From Candidatus Dormiibacterota bacterium (GTDB taxonomy: Bacteria; Chloroflexota; Dormibacteria; Aeolococcales; Aeolococcaceae), in the NCBI GenBank assembly GCA_963709585.1, contig CAVPXI010000007.1, positions 1-64,000 on the forward strand: 64,000 nt of DNA, read 5' to 3'. The position numbers were made by a program, and so were the translations under genes. Positions within the stretch are counted from its first letter, which is position 1; the number at the start of each line of letters is the position of its first letter. Below, in pieces: positions 9,740 through 18,641 of this stretch. The notes under the pieces were generated by a model, which ran no database searches, was not told where the DNA came from, and saw nothing but the letters and a program-made list of their open reading frames with translations.

Positions 9740-10640
9740 GCAGCAGCCAGCTCATCACGGTGACCAGCTTCCGGCTCTGAGCCGGAAGCTTGGTGCGCCA
9801 CTCGTCGTCTTCGCGCAGCCTGATCGTCCCCTGGACGAGGCGCGAGTCGTTGCCCACTGCCGTGTGGTCCTCGCGCATGTGCACCGTCGGCGGTGTGATG
9901 AAGTCGAGATCATGAGCGCCGGCCGGATGGCCCGCGAAGGCTGCGATCCGTTCCAGTCGCTGCCGCGGCGCCCTCACGATATCTTCGTAGCGTTCCACGA
10001 TTCCCGGGATCCCGGCGACGCGGATAGTGTCGAAGATGAGGTGATACCCGATCCAGCGCAGCGTGATGACCGGCGCCGTGTAGCGGTGTTTCGGGACGAC
10101 ACGGTCGATGCTGTCCTGCATCACCTGCTCTTTGGATGACGAGTACGCCGTCCCGCGACTGTCGCGCACGAGGTCGAGGATACGCAGCTCGAATCCGGGA
10201 ACGCCTCGGAGTGCCAGCGCGTACGCCGGCGCCTTGGTGGAATCCACCACGATCTCGGCGCCCGACACCGTGCTGACTGCTCCATAGAGCTTGCCGAGGA
10301 GTTCTCGATAGCGGCGCAACCTCCGCGCGAAACCGGGGGAGAGCGAGGGAAACACCAGGAGCGGGATGTGCCGCTGCCGGGTTACCTGCGGATGGAGTTT
10401 CACCAGCTCCGCAGCGTCAGTCCCGTCCCAGCCACCGAATGCTGCTTCGCCGACAGCCTGCCAGTACGGGCAGTCCCGAAACCGGCGGCCGCATCCGCAC
10501 AGCCGGTTCTCGGTGATGCTGTGCGTCGTGATCAGACCGAACTCCCCGGTGGAGACGAAGCCGGGGATCTGGCCGAGCATGCGATCCACCAGTGTGCTGC
10601 CACTACGCGTGCACCCACCGATGTAGAGAATCCTGCGCAT
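9717..10640 (-). CDS. PAPS-dependent sulfotransferase
   Basis: 5'-PSB GCTRSGST, LCGCG..C..W insert, VDSTK, 3'-PB LVRDSRGTAYS, RYED; start MRRILY at 10640. Confidence 0.9.
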   Translation of the reverse strand: MRRILYIGGCTRSGSTLVDRMLGQIPGFVSTGEFGLITTHSITENRLCGCGRRFRDCPYWQAVGEAAFGGWDGTDAAELVKLHPQVTRQRHIPLLVFPSLSPGFARRLRRYRELLGKLYGAVSTVSGAEIVVDSTKAPAYALALRGVPGFELRILDLVRDSRGTAYSSSKEQVMQDSIDRVVPKHRYTAPVITLRWIGYHLIFDTIRVAGIPGIVERYEDIVRAPRQRLERIAAFAGHPAGAHDLDFITPPTVHMREDHTAVGNDSRLVQGTIRLREDDEWRTKLPAQSRKLVTVMSWLLLKRWRYV

Positions 10641-10665
10641 ACCGATGAGTTTAGCGGTGGTTGCG

Positions 10666-13600
10666 CTATTTGAAGGTCGCGATGGCGCCGATCCACGCGA
10701 CTGATGAGCTGAGGGTCGCCGCGAAGCTCTGCGCTCCAGTGGCACTGACCACGAGCCAGGCCGCCTGCTCGCCGGTCTGGTTACCCGAGACGGTGGACTG
10801 CTGGAACGGCAGGGGCGTGTAGGCGACAGTCTGCTTGCTGACACTCACCGCGCTGTTCCAGCCGATGTCGGCGATGACGATCTCGCTTGCCTGCGAGGTG
10901 GTCAAGGTCGTCCCGGTCGACGCGGTGGTGCTGGCCCCCGTCGCCGTCATCGTCTTGTCGAGCGGGGTTGCCGTGGCGCCGGCGATGTCGATCACGGTCA
11001 TCGCCAGCGAGGCAGTCCCACTCACGGTAACGGTGACCGAGGTCACGCTGGCGGCCCCGGCGACGTACCAGATCTCGTCGTCGCCCTGACCGAACTGTGA
11101 ACTCTCTGCCTTTGCCCACGTGTTGTGTCCGGACGAGTTGGTGACGCCCACGACGTTGGTCAGCGAACCGCTGCGGTCCTTGACGGTGACCACGAGAAGG
11201 TCACCAGCGCCCGTGGCGATACCCGTCGACGCCGACAACGTGGTACTCCCCGTGGTGCCGGCGGCGCCGAAGGTCCTGACCACCTGCGGCGCTTTTGGGA
11301 TCGCGGAGAGCTGGAAGTTCTGGGTTGTCGTGCCCCCTGGGCTCACCGTGAAGGGATTGCTCGTCTGCCCCACGTATGAGGTCGCTGCGACCGACGCGGT
11401 GTAGGAGCCGGGAACGATCTGCGTGAAACTGTAGGCGCCGGAGCTGTTGGTGGTGACGCTCCCGACCCGGCACGTGCAGGTCACCGTGGCATTCGGTATC
11501 GCGGTGTGGGTACTTGCATCGGTCACCACTCCACTCACCCCCCCGTCCTCGGTGAGGGCGACATTTTCGCTGGTCGTGTTGGGAGCGGTCACCGTGACAC
11601 CGGTGATCGTCTGGGTCACGTACCCGCTCGCCGTAAACGTCAGCGAGTATGCGGAGCCGGTCGGGACCATCGTGAAGGCGTAGTCGCCGGAGCCGTCGGT
11701 TGTAGTCATGCCCGATGGGCAGCCCCCACCACAGGTCACCGTCACCCCTGAGAGCAGGCTGTTGGTCTGCGCGTCGGTGACCGTCCCCGTGATCGCGCCG
11801 TCCTCGGTGAGGGCGACATTCTCGGTGGTGGTGGCGGGTCCGGCGACCACGACGCCCGTGATCGTCTGCGTCACATACCCGCTCGCGGCGAACGTCAGCG
11901 AGTACGAGGAGCCATCGGGGACCGCTGCGAACGCATAGTTACCCGAGCCGTCGGTCGCCGCGGTGTTTGTCGGGCACCCTCCGGCGCACGTGACTGTCAC
12001 CCCTGAGATCGGCGTGGCGGTCTGCTGGTCGGTGACCGTCCCGCTGATCCCGCCGTCTTCCGTGAGCGCGACGGTCTCGGTGCTGGTGGTGCCCGGCGTC
12101 ACCACGATTCCGGAGGCCGTCTGGGAGACGTACCCGGCGTCGCTGAAGATGAGCGAGTAGGTGCTCGGGGCGACATTCGTGAACGCGTAAAAGCCCGACC
12201 CATCGGTCGTTGCGGTGGTGGTTCCGCAGGCACTGCAGGTGACCGTCACCCCCGCGATCGGCAGCGCGGTTTGCGCGTCGGTCACTGTCCCGCTGATCCC
12301 GCCGTCCTCCGTCAGCGCGATGTTCTCCACGGTCGTGTTGGGACCGGTCACCGTGACGCCCGTGCTCGTCTGCGTGACGTACCCGCTCGCGGCGAAGGAG
12401 ACGGTGTATGCGGAGCCGTTCGGGACCATGGTGAAGCTGTAATTGCCCGAGATATCGGTCGTGGCAGTGGTCGTCGGGCAGCCACCACCACAGTTGACCG
12501 TCACCCCTGAGATCGGCGTGCCGGTCTGCGCGTCTTTGACCGTCCCGGTGATCCCACCATCCTCGGTCAGGGCGGCGCTCTCGGTAGTGGTGTTACCCGA
12601 CGTGACAGTGACACCCGTAACCGTCTGGGTGACGTATCCGGCGTCGCTGAAGGTGAGCGAATACGAGCCTGGCGGAACACTGGTGAACGAGTAGTTTCCA
12701 AAAGCATCCGTCGTGGCGCTTCCGCTCTGGCACGTGCACGTCACGGTCGCGCCTGCGAGAACTGGCTGACCGCTGGCGGTGCCATCCGTGACCTGCCCTG
12801 TGATGGTTCCGGGCGTTCGAGTCAGTGCGACGTTCTCTGTGGTCGCATGCCCGCTCGTGACAGCGACGTTGCTGAGTGATTGACCGACATAGCCGGGCTG
12901 CGAGAAGGTCATCGAATACGTGCCCGGAGCGACATTCGCGAACGAGTAGCTTCCACCCGTGCCTGTCGAGACGCCACCGCTGCTACACGTACACGTCACC
13001 GTGGCACCGGTGATCCCGGCTGCGGTCTGTGCGTCTGTGACCGTGCCTCCGATGGATCCGGTCGTCGGAGCCGATCCGAAGGCGCCGGTCAGATCACCGT
13101 TCACCGAATTGCTGGATCCCCCGAGGAGCGGCCCAACGCCATAGCTCTCCTCGAGTGCTCGCAACGTCCCGTAATGGTCACCGGTTCCAGTGAACGCACC
13201 CAGGCCCTTGTTGTTGGCAGACACGACGATGGTGGCGATGTGGCCCCCTGGTGCGGTAAGTCCGCAGCAGCCTGACAAGTCGCCGGTAGCCTCATCCCAG
13301 GTGATGATCACGATGCCGTTCTGCTTGAACCAAGTCGAGTTCAGCACCGGTGCGATATTGCTGGACAGCCAGTTGTCGCCGGCCTTGATGAGGGCGCCGT
13401 TGGAGGCGCCCGCGCAAGTCGAACCGGTATTGGTGTCTCCGTGCATCTCGTCGCAATCATTGGGCGTGATGAAAACGAAATCCGGTGCGTTGGTAGCGGT
13501 GAGATCGGACACCAGGCTGCTCGAGGTGGAATAGGGCACGACTCCCTCAGAGCTGAGATTGGCGGCGCTGCACCACCCTCCGGATGCCGTCGAGTAATTC

Positions 13601-14166
13601 GTGAAATAGTGAAACGGATTGTGATTGCTGTCATAGAGGCCGCTGCTGGATCCGCCACCGTTCGCGCAATTCGACGGCATGTTCTCCATGTAGGCGCGCC
13701 AGGGAATGCCGGCCTTATGCAATTCGTCCACGAGCGTGAGCGCGTTGTACGGCTTGCCGTTCGGAAGGCCAAGGTCAGAGCCGACGATCAGGTCAAGGTA
13801 GTCGTGCGGACTGTTGCCCTGCACCGCGTACCACTTGGTGGCCGAGCTGTAGGTTGTCGCCAGCCCGTTGATATACGGTGCGCTCGAGCTGCCGATGATG
13901 GCGTTGTAGCTCTCGTTCTCTTCGAGGATCAGCATGATGTGGGGCGCACTCGCCGCAGCCGCGGGCGCGGCGCGGTACATGGTGGCCTTGGTCGGGGCTG
14001 ACCGTTCGGTCCTGGATGCCGTGTCAGCGGAAGGGACAGGATGAATCGTGGTGCGCGCTGTGCTCGCGGCGACTGGACTCCCGGCACCGAGTGCTCCGAT
14101 GCCGACGAGCGTGACGGCTCCCAAAAGCCGCAGACCAAGGCTTGCAGAACGCCTTGATTGCCGCAT
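10666..14166 (-). CDS. secreted phosphoesterase (acid phosphatase/PLC family) + 7 carboxypeptidase-regulatory-like repeats + C-terminal unknown domain
   Basis: Signal peptide; HIMLILEEN, WRAYMENMP, HNPF, FITPN..EMHG, IITWDE, DHYGTLRALEE; 7 copies of GxIxGTVTD...GxYxF..V..GxY. Confidence 0.88.
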   Translation of the reverse strand: MRQSRRSASLGLRLLGAVTLVGIGALGAGSPVAASTARTTIHPVPSADTASRTERSAPTKATMYRAAPAAAASAPHIMLILEENESYNAIIGSSSAPYINGLATTYSSATKWYAVQGNSPHDYLDLIVGSDLGLPNGKPYNALTLVDELHKAGIPWRAYMENMPSNCANGGGSSSGLYDSNHNPFHYFTNYSTASGGWCSAANLSSEGVVPYSTSSSLVSDLTATNAPDFVFITPNDCDEMHGDTNTGSTCAGASNGALIKAGDNWLSSNIAPVLNSTWFKQNGIVIITWDEATGDLSGCCGLTAPGGHIATIVVSANNKGLGAFTGTGDHYGTLRALEESYGVGPLLGGSSNSVNGDLTGAFGSAPTTGSIGGTVTDAQTAAGITGATVTCTCSSGGVSTGTGGSYSFANVAPGTYSMTFSQPGYVGQSLSNVAVTSGHATTENVALTRTPGTITGQVTDGTASGQPVLAGATVTCTCQSGSATTDAFGNYSFTSVPPGSYSLTFSDAGYVTQTVTGVTVTSGNTTTESAALTEDGGITGTVKDAQTGTPISGVTVNCGGGCPTTTATTDISGNYSFTMVPNGSAYTVSFAASGYVTQTSTGVTVTGPNTTVENIALTEDGGISGTVTDAQTALPIAGVTVTCSACGTTTATTDGSGFYAFTNVAPSTYSLIFSDAGYVSQTASGIVVTPGTTSTETVALTEDGGISGTVTDQQTATPISGVTVTCAGGCPTNTAATDGSGNYAFAAVPDGSSYSLTFAASGYVTQTITGVVVAGPATTTENVALTEDGAITGTVTDAQTNSLLSGVTVTCGGGCPSGMTTTDGSGDYAFTMVPTGSAYSLTFTASGYVTQTITGVTVTAPNTTSENVALTEDGGVSGVVTDASTHTAIPNATVTCTCRVGSVTTNSSGAYSFTQIVPGSYTASVAATSYVGQTSNPFTVSPGGTTTQNFQLSAIPKAPQVVRTFGAAGTTGSTTLSASTGIATGAGDLLVVTVKDRSGSLTNVVGVTNSSGHNTWAKAESSQFGQGDDEIWYVAGAASVTSVTVTVSGTASLAMTVIDIAGATATPLDKTMTATGASTTASTGTTLTTSQASEIVIADIGWNSAVSVSKQTVAYTPLPFQQSTVSGNQTGEQAAWLVVSATGAQSFAATLSSSVAWIGAIATFK

Positions 14167-14247
14167 TCGCCTGCCCCGCTAAGTCATCCTTCCTCACACA
14201 AACCATCGATCAGGCGGTGCGGTTCGCGCGCCTCCACGCCACCGCGG

Positions 14248-17200
14248 CTAGTGAAACGTTGCAATGGCCCCGGTCCACGCCAGGGCTGAACTGAGGGTGC
14301 CCGCGAAGCTCTGCGCTCCAGTCGCACTCACGATCAGCCATGCCGCTTCCTCGCCGCTCGAGAAACCTGTCGTCCCCAACTTTGCGGTCGATTGCTCCGG
14401 CGGCGTCGTCGTGTAGCCGGTGGTTGTGCCCGTGAGCGTCAGCGCGCCATTCCAGCCGATGTCCGCAATCACGATCTCGTTGGACTGGGTTGTAGTCGGA
14501 GTGGTTCCCGTCGTTGCCGCCGCGGTGGATCCGATCGCGGTAGCCGACTTGTCGAACGGAGTAGTCGGCGATGCTCCGGCGATGTCAAAGACAGTCATTG
14601 ACAGGGAGGCGACACCACTCGTCGTGGCCGTGACACTCGTGACACTTCCCGAGTTGGCAACGTAGTAGATAGCCTCGAACGCCTGACCGTTGAGCGTGCT
14701 CGTGGCCTGTGACCACACGTTGTGTCCGGTTGAGTTGTCGCTAACCCCAGTCACCGCAAACAAAGGGCTGCTCCGACCCTTGATCGTGACCACGAGAAGA
14801 TCGCCGCTCCCGGTGGCTGTCGCGGTCGTTGCCGTCAAAGTTGTGGCCTGCGTCGTATTGAGGGAGCCAAAGGTCTCGACCACCTTCAGGCTTGCGCTGC
14901 TTGCCACCAGCGAGAAGTTCTGATTCGTTGTTGCACCTGGCGTCACGATGACGGGAGCGGTCTGCGGCGTGTAGCCGGTCGCGGAAACGGTCACAGAATA
15001 GGTTCCCTCGGCAAGACCGCTGAGTGTGTAGGTGCCGTTGCTCGCCGTGGCGGTGCCGGTGCACGCGGGCGTACCGGTGCAGGCGACATTCGCACCGCTG
15101 ATCGGCGTGATTCCGTCGGACTTTGTAACCGTGCCGGTGATCTGCCCGGGCAGCGGCCCCAGCGCGAAGTTCTGCGTCGGGGTCCCACCCGGCCCCACGT
15201 TGATCGGGTTGACCGTCTCCGGTGAGTAGCCGTTGGCTGACGCGGTGACCTGGTACGCCCCTTCGGTGAGGCCGCTGAGGGTGTAGGTACCGTCGCCTGC
15301 CGTGACAGTGCTGGTGCACGGCATTGTCCCGGTGCAGGCAACCGTCGCACCGGCAATTGCGGCACTGGTCAGCGAGTCCGTCACCTTCCCGCTGATCGTC
15401 CCGGGATTCGGCACCAGGCTGAAGCTCTCTGGCGTCGAGTTCCCGGTCGTCACCACCACACCGGAGTTCGTCCCCGTCGCGTACCCGGTCTGCGTCGCCG
15501 TGATCACGTACGTTCCGGGCGCAACCGTGAGCGTGTAGGTACCGTCAGACGCGGTCGTGGTGCTGGTGCAGCTGGGCGTGCCGCTGCAGGCGACCGTCGC
15601 ACCGCCGATTGCAGCGCTGGTGATCGAGTCCGTCACAGAGCCGGTGATCGTCCCAGGGCCCGTGATGAGCTGGAAGTCCTGGGTTGGGGATCCGCCCGGC
15701 CCCACCACGACCGTGAACGTCTCAGACGCGAAGCCGGCCTTCGATGCCGTGATCTGGTAGCTCCCCTCGGTGAGATTGCTCAGGGTGTAGGTACCGTCAA
15801 CCGCGGTCGTTGCGGGGGTGCAGGTCAGGGTGCCGGTGCAGGCGACAGTCGCACTGGGAATCGGAGAACTGGCCGAGTCCCTCACTGTCCCGCTGATCGT
15901 CCCGGGATTCGGCACCAGGCTGAAGTTCTCCGGCGTCGAGTTCCCGGCTGTGACCACCACGCCCGATGTCGACCCCGTCGTGTACCCGGTCTGGGTCGCC
16001 GTGATGTCGTACGTCCCGGGCGCAACCGTGAGCGTATAGGTGCCGTCAGACGCGGTCGTGGTGCCGGTGCAGGTGGGCGTGCCGCTGCAGGCGACCGCCA
16101 CGCCGCCGATCGCAGCGCTGGTGACCGAGTCCGTCACCTTGCCCGTGATCGTGCCCGTGCTCTGGCCGAAAGCCGGCTTGATGTCACCGAAACTCGCGTT
16201 CGACGAATTGCCGAGCAGCGTTACGCCGTATGCCTCTTCAATGCCTCTCAGCGTCGCGTAGTGATCGCCTGAAGCATTGAAGGCGCCATGGGAATTGGCG
16301 CTGATTACCACGGTGGCGACCCGACCGCCATTCCCAAAAGTGCCACCGGACTTATCGGCATTAACACTCTCGTCCCAGGTGAGGATGACGATGCCTCCGC
16401 TGGTGTACCAGCTTGACGAAAGGACTGTTGGCAGATTCTGGCTCAGCCAGGTATCACCGTTCACCAGTGGGTTGCTCCCACACGGTGAGCCTGCGGTGTG
16501 CATGTCGTCGCACACGTTCGGAGAGATCCAGACGAAGTCGGGCGGGCTACCGCTGTTGAGATCGGTTGAAATCTGTGACAGCGTGTAGGGGACAACACCA
16601 TTGCCGCCCGAGCAGAGTGACGAATAGTCGCTGAAAAATACGAATGGATTATGGTCGGACAAGTAGAGCGGTGCAGTGCCCCGGTAGCAGTTCGAAGGCA
16701 TCGACTCCATGTAGGCCTTCCAACTGATACCGGCTGTGTTCAACTCGTCGACGAGCGTCGGCGTGGCATAAGGTGGCGTGGTGTTCACCGTATAGCCCTG
16801 ATTGAATCCGGAGACCAGGTCGAGATAGTCACCAGGGCTGTTGTGTTGATTCCCGTACCACGCGGTCGTCGACGCGTATTTGCTGGCCAGACTATTGATG
16901 TATGGCGCACTGGCGTTACCGATAACGTACGGGCTGCCCTGAGCACTGCTGTACGCCTTGTTCTCGTCGACGATCAACATGATGTGTGGCGCGGGCGGGG
17001 GCGCGGTCACGGTGAATGAGGTCGACGACGTCGCGGTGCCGCCGGGCGTTGTAACCGTGATCGGGCCGGTCGTGGCTCCGCTGGGCACCGAGGTGCTGAT
17101 GTGCGAGTCGTCAGTCACCGTGTAGGTGGCGGTGGTTCCGCTGAATTCGACAACCGAGGTGCCGGTGAATCCAGTGCCGGTGATCGTCACCGGCGTGCTC

Positions 17201-18399
17201 CTTGGTCCGCTGGGCGGGGCGAAACCGGTGATCGTGGGCGTGGGTGAGGCATCCACCGTGAACGAGGCCGATGATGTTGCAGTCCCCGCAGGCGTGGTGA
17301 CTGAGATCGTCCCGGAGCCCGCGCCGGCGGGTACCGTCGTACTGATCTGGATGTCGGAGTTCACCGTGTACACGGCGTTGGTTCCAAAGAACTTGACGAA
17401 GGTGGCCCCGGTGAACCCGGCCCCATTGATCGTCACCGGCATGCCGATCGGTCCATGACTCGGGCTGAAACCGGAGATCGTCGGCGGTGAGGACGACCCG
17501 GCTTTGAAGGTGGCGATCGTGCCGGTCCAGGCCACGCTGGACGCGCTCAGCGTGGCCGAATAGCTCTGCACACCTGTGGCCGTCAAAGCCAGCCATGCCG
17601 CCGCTTCGCCGGCCCCGCTGCCGCTTACAGTCGCCGTTTGTGTGGGAATGTTGGTGCTGTAGCCGGGGGTTTGTCCACTCATTGTCACGATGCCGCTGCT
17701 GTTCCAACCGAGGTCGCTGATTGCGATCTCGCTGGCCTGGGTCGTGGTGGGAGTCGTGCCGGTCGTGGATGGCTGGGCGCTGCCCCCCTGCCCGTGAACC
17801 ACATCGAGCGGCGATGATGGTGCGGCGCCGGTCACCTCCAGGACTGTGAATGCGATGGCCGAGGTCGACGCTGATGTCCCACCCACCGTGACCTTGATCG
17901 ATTGAGTTGTCAGAAGAGCGGCCGCATTCGCCGCGTACCAGATCTCTCCGTCGGCCTGGGCTCCCTGCACGATGCTGGTGGCGAGAGCCCAGTGGTTCGA
18001 GGCCGAATCGGTGACCCCGGTGACAGGAGCCCGGTTGGTGGCATTCCGAGTGCGGATCACAGCGACGAGGAGGTCGCCTGCTGTCGTAGCAGCGGGTGGC
18101 GACGCCGAGAGCGTGGCGCTACCAGATGTGTTGTGCGCTCCGAACGACTGGGCTACCCCGAGCGCGCTCGCGAAAGCCGGCCGTCCGAGCGGGAGCATCC
18201 CCGCGAGCACAACAGCCCCCACCACGAGGAAGATCGAGCTGGCTGCAGCTCTCCGGCTGAGGCGAAGACCACGTCTCGGGCGGGGCTCGTGTCGAGGACT
18301 CGACGGTCCCGGTTTTATCCAGGTTGTCTCACGGTGCCAGCCCTCGACGTCACGACTCTGTCCATCGACGTGCCCGAGAGGATGCCAGCGGTCGGTCAT
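14248..18399 (-). CDS. secreted multidomain protein: unknown domain + 2 IPT/TIG + phosphoesterase + 5 carboxypeptidase-regulatory-like repeats + unknown domain (start uncertain, ORF open to 18444)
   Basis: PTISGFSP..GP.G..VTI.G.GF (IPT/TIG); HIMLIVDEN, HNPF, DDMH, LTWDE, DHYATLRGIEE. Confidence 0.88.
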   Translation of the reverse strand: MTDRWHPLGHVDGQSRDVEGWHRETTWIKPGPSSPRHEPRPRRGLRLSRRAAASSIFLVVGAVVLAGMLPLGRPAFASALGVAQSFGAHNTSGSATLSASPPAATTAGDLLVAVIRTRNATNRAPVTGVTDSASNHWALATSIVQGAQADGEIWYAANAAALLTTQSIKVTVGGTSASTSAIAFTVLEVTGAAPSSPLDVVHGQGGSAQPSTTGTTPTTTQASEIAISDLGWNSSGIVTMSGQTPGYSTNIPTQTATVSGSGAGEAAAWLALTATGVQSYSATLSASSVAWTGTIATFKAGSSSPPTISGFSPSHGPIGMPVTINGAGFTGATFVKFFGTNAVYTVNSDIQISTTVPAGAGSGTISVTTPAGTATSSASFTVDASPTPTITGFAPPSGPRSTPVTITGTGFTGTSVVEFSGTTATYTVTDDSHISTSVPSGATTGPITVTTPGGTATSSTSFTVTAPPPAPHIMLIVDENKAYSSAQGSPYVIGNASAPYINSLASKYASTTAWYGNQHNSPGDYLDLVSGFNQGYTVNTTPPYATPTLVDELNTAGISWKAYMESMPSNCYRGTAPLYLSDHNPFVFFSDYSSLCSGGNGVVPYTLSQISTDLNSGSPPDFVWISPNVCDDMHTAGSPCGSNPLVNGDTWLSQNLPTVLSSSWYTSGGIVILTWDESVNADKSGGTFGNGGRVATVVISANSHGAFNASGDHYATLRGIEEAYGVTLLGNSSNASFGDIKPAFGQSTGTITGKVTDSVTSAAIGGVAVACSGTPTCTGTTTASDGTYTLTVAPGTYDITATQTGYTTGSTSGVVVTAGNSTPENFSLVPNPGTISGTVRDSASSPIPSATVACTGTLTCTPATTAVDGTYTLSNLTEGSYQITASKAGFASETFTVVVGPGGSPTQDFQLITGPGTITGSVTDSITSAAIGGATVACSGTPSCTSTTTASDGTYTLTVAPGTYVITATQTGYATGTNSGVVVTTGNSTPESFSLVPNPGTISGKVTDSLTSAAIAGATVACTGTMPCTSTVTAGDGTYTLSGLTEGAYQVTASANGYSPETVNPINVGPGGTPTQNFALGPLPGQITGTVTKSDGITPISGANVACTGTPACTGTATASNGTYTLSGLAEGTYSVTVSATGYTPQTAPVIVTPGATTNQNFSLVASSASLKVVETFGSLNTTQATTLTATTATATGSGDLLVVTIKGRSSPLFAVTGVSDNSTGHNVWSQATSTLNGQAFEAIYYVANSGSVTSVTATTSGVASLSMTVFDIAGASPTTPFDKSATAIGSTAAATTGTTPTTTQSNEIVIADIGWNGALTLTGTTTGYTTTPPEQSTAKLGTTGFSSGEEAAWLIVSATGAQSFAGTLSSALAWTGAIATFH

Positions 18400-18572
18400 C
18401 CGAGATCGCCCACCAGCCCGACAAAGCACACGCCCTGCAGCCAAGGTCCGCCCACGTCGCCCCCTTTTGCGCCCGCTACCCTCGCGTAGGCGCTCGCGCC
18501 TTTAGAATCGGCCGTCCTGACTAGCCACGCTCATCTTAAAGGATCGGGTCGGCCCCCCGTGCGACTTGAGAC

Positions 18573-18617
18573 CAATTCACAGGTTCTTTTAAGAGCAATT
18601 CACAGGTTCTTCTCAGG
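18573..18617. promoter_or_regulatory. 16-bp direct repeat CAATTCACAGGTTCTT x2; OmpR/PhoB-type boxes
   Basis: Exact copies at 18573-18588 and 18596-18611; half-sites TCACAG 18577, TTTAAG 18588, TCACAG 18600, TCTCAG 18611. Confidence 0.65.
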
Positions 18618-18641
18618 ACAGCCGGCGCAAGGCCCGGAGGC

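Noticed and set aside
18573-18611. Direct repeat as a CRISPR remnant or att site
   Set aside because: Only two 16-bp copies with a 7-bp gap; no cas or integrase genes; fits a regulator box better.
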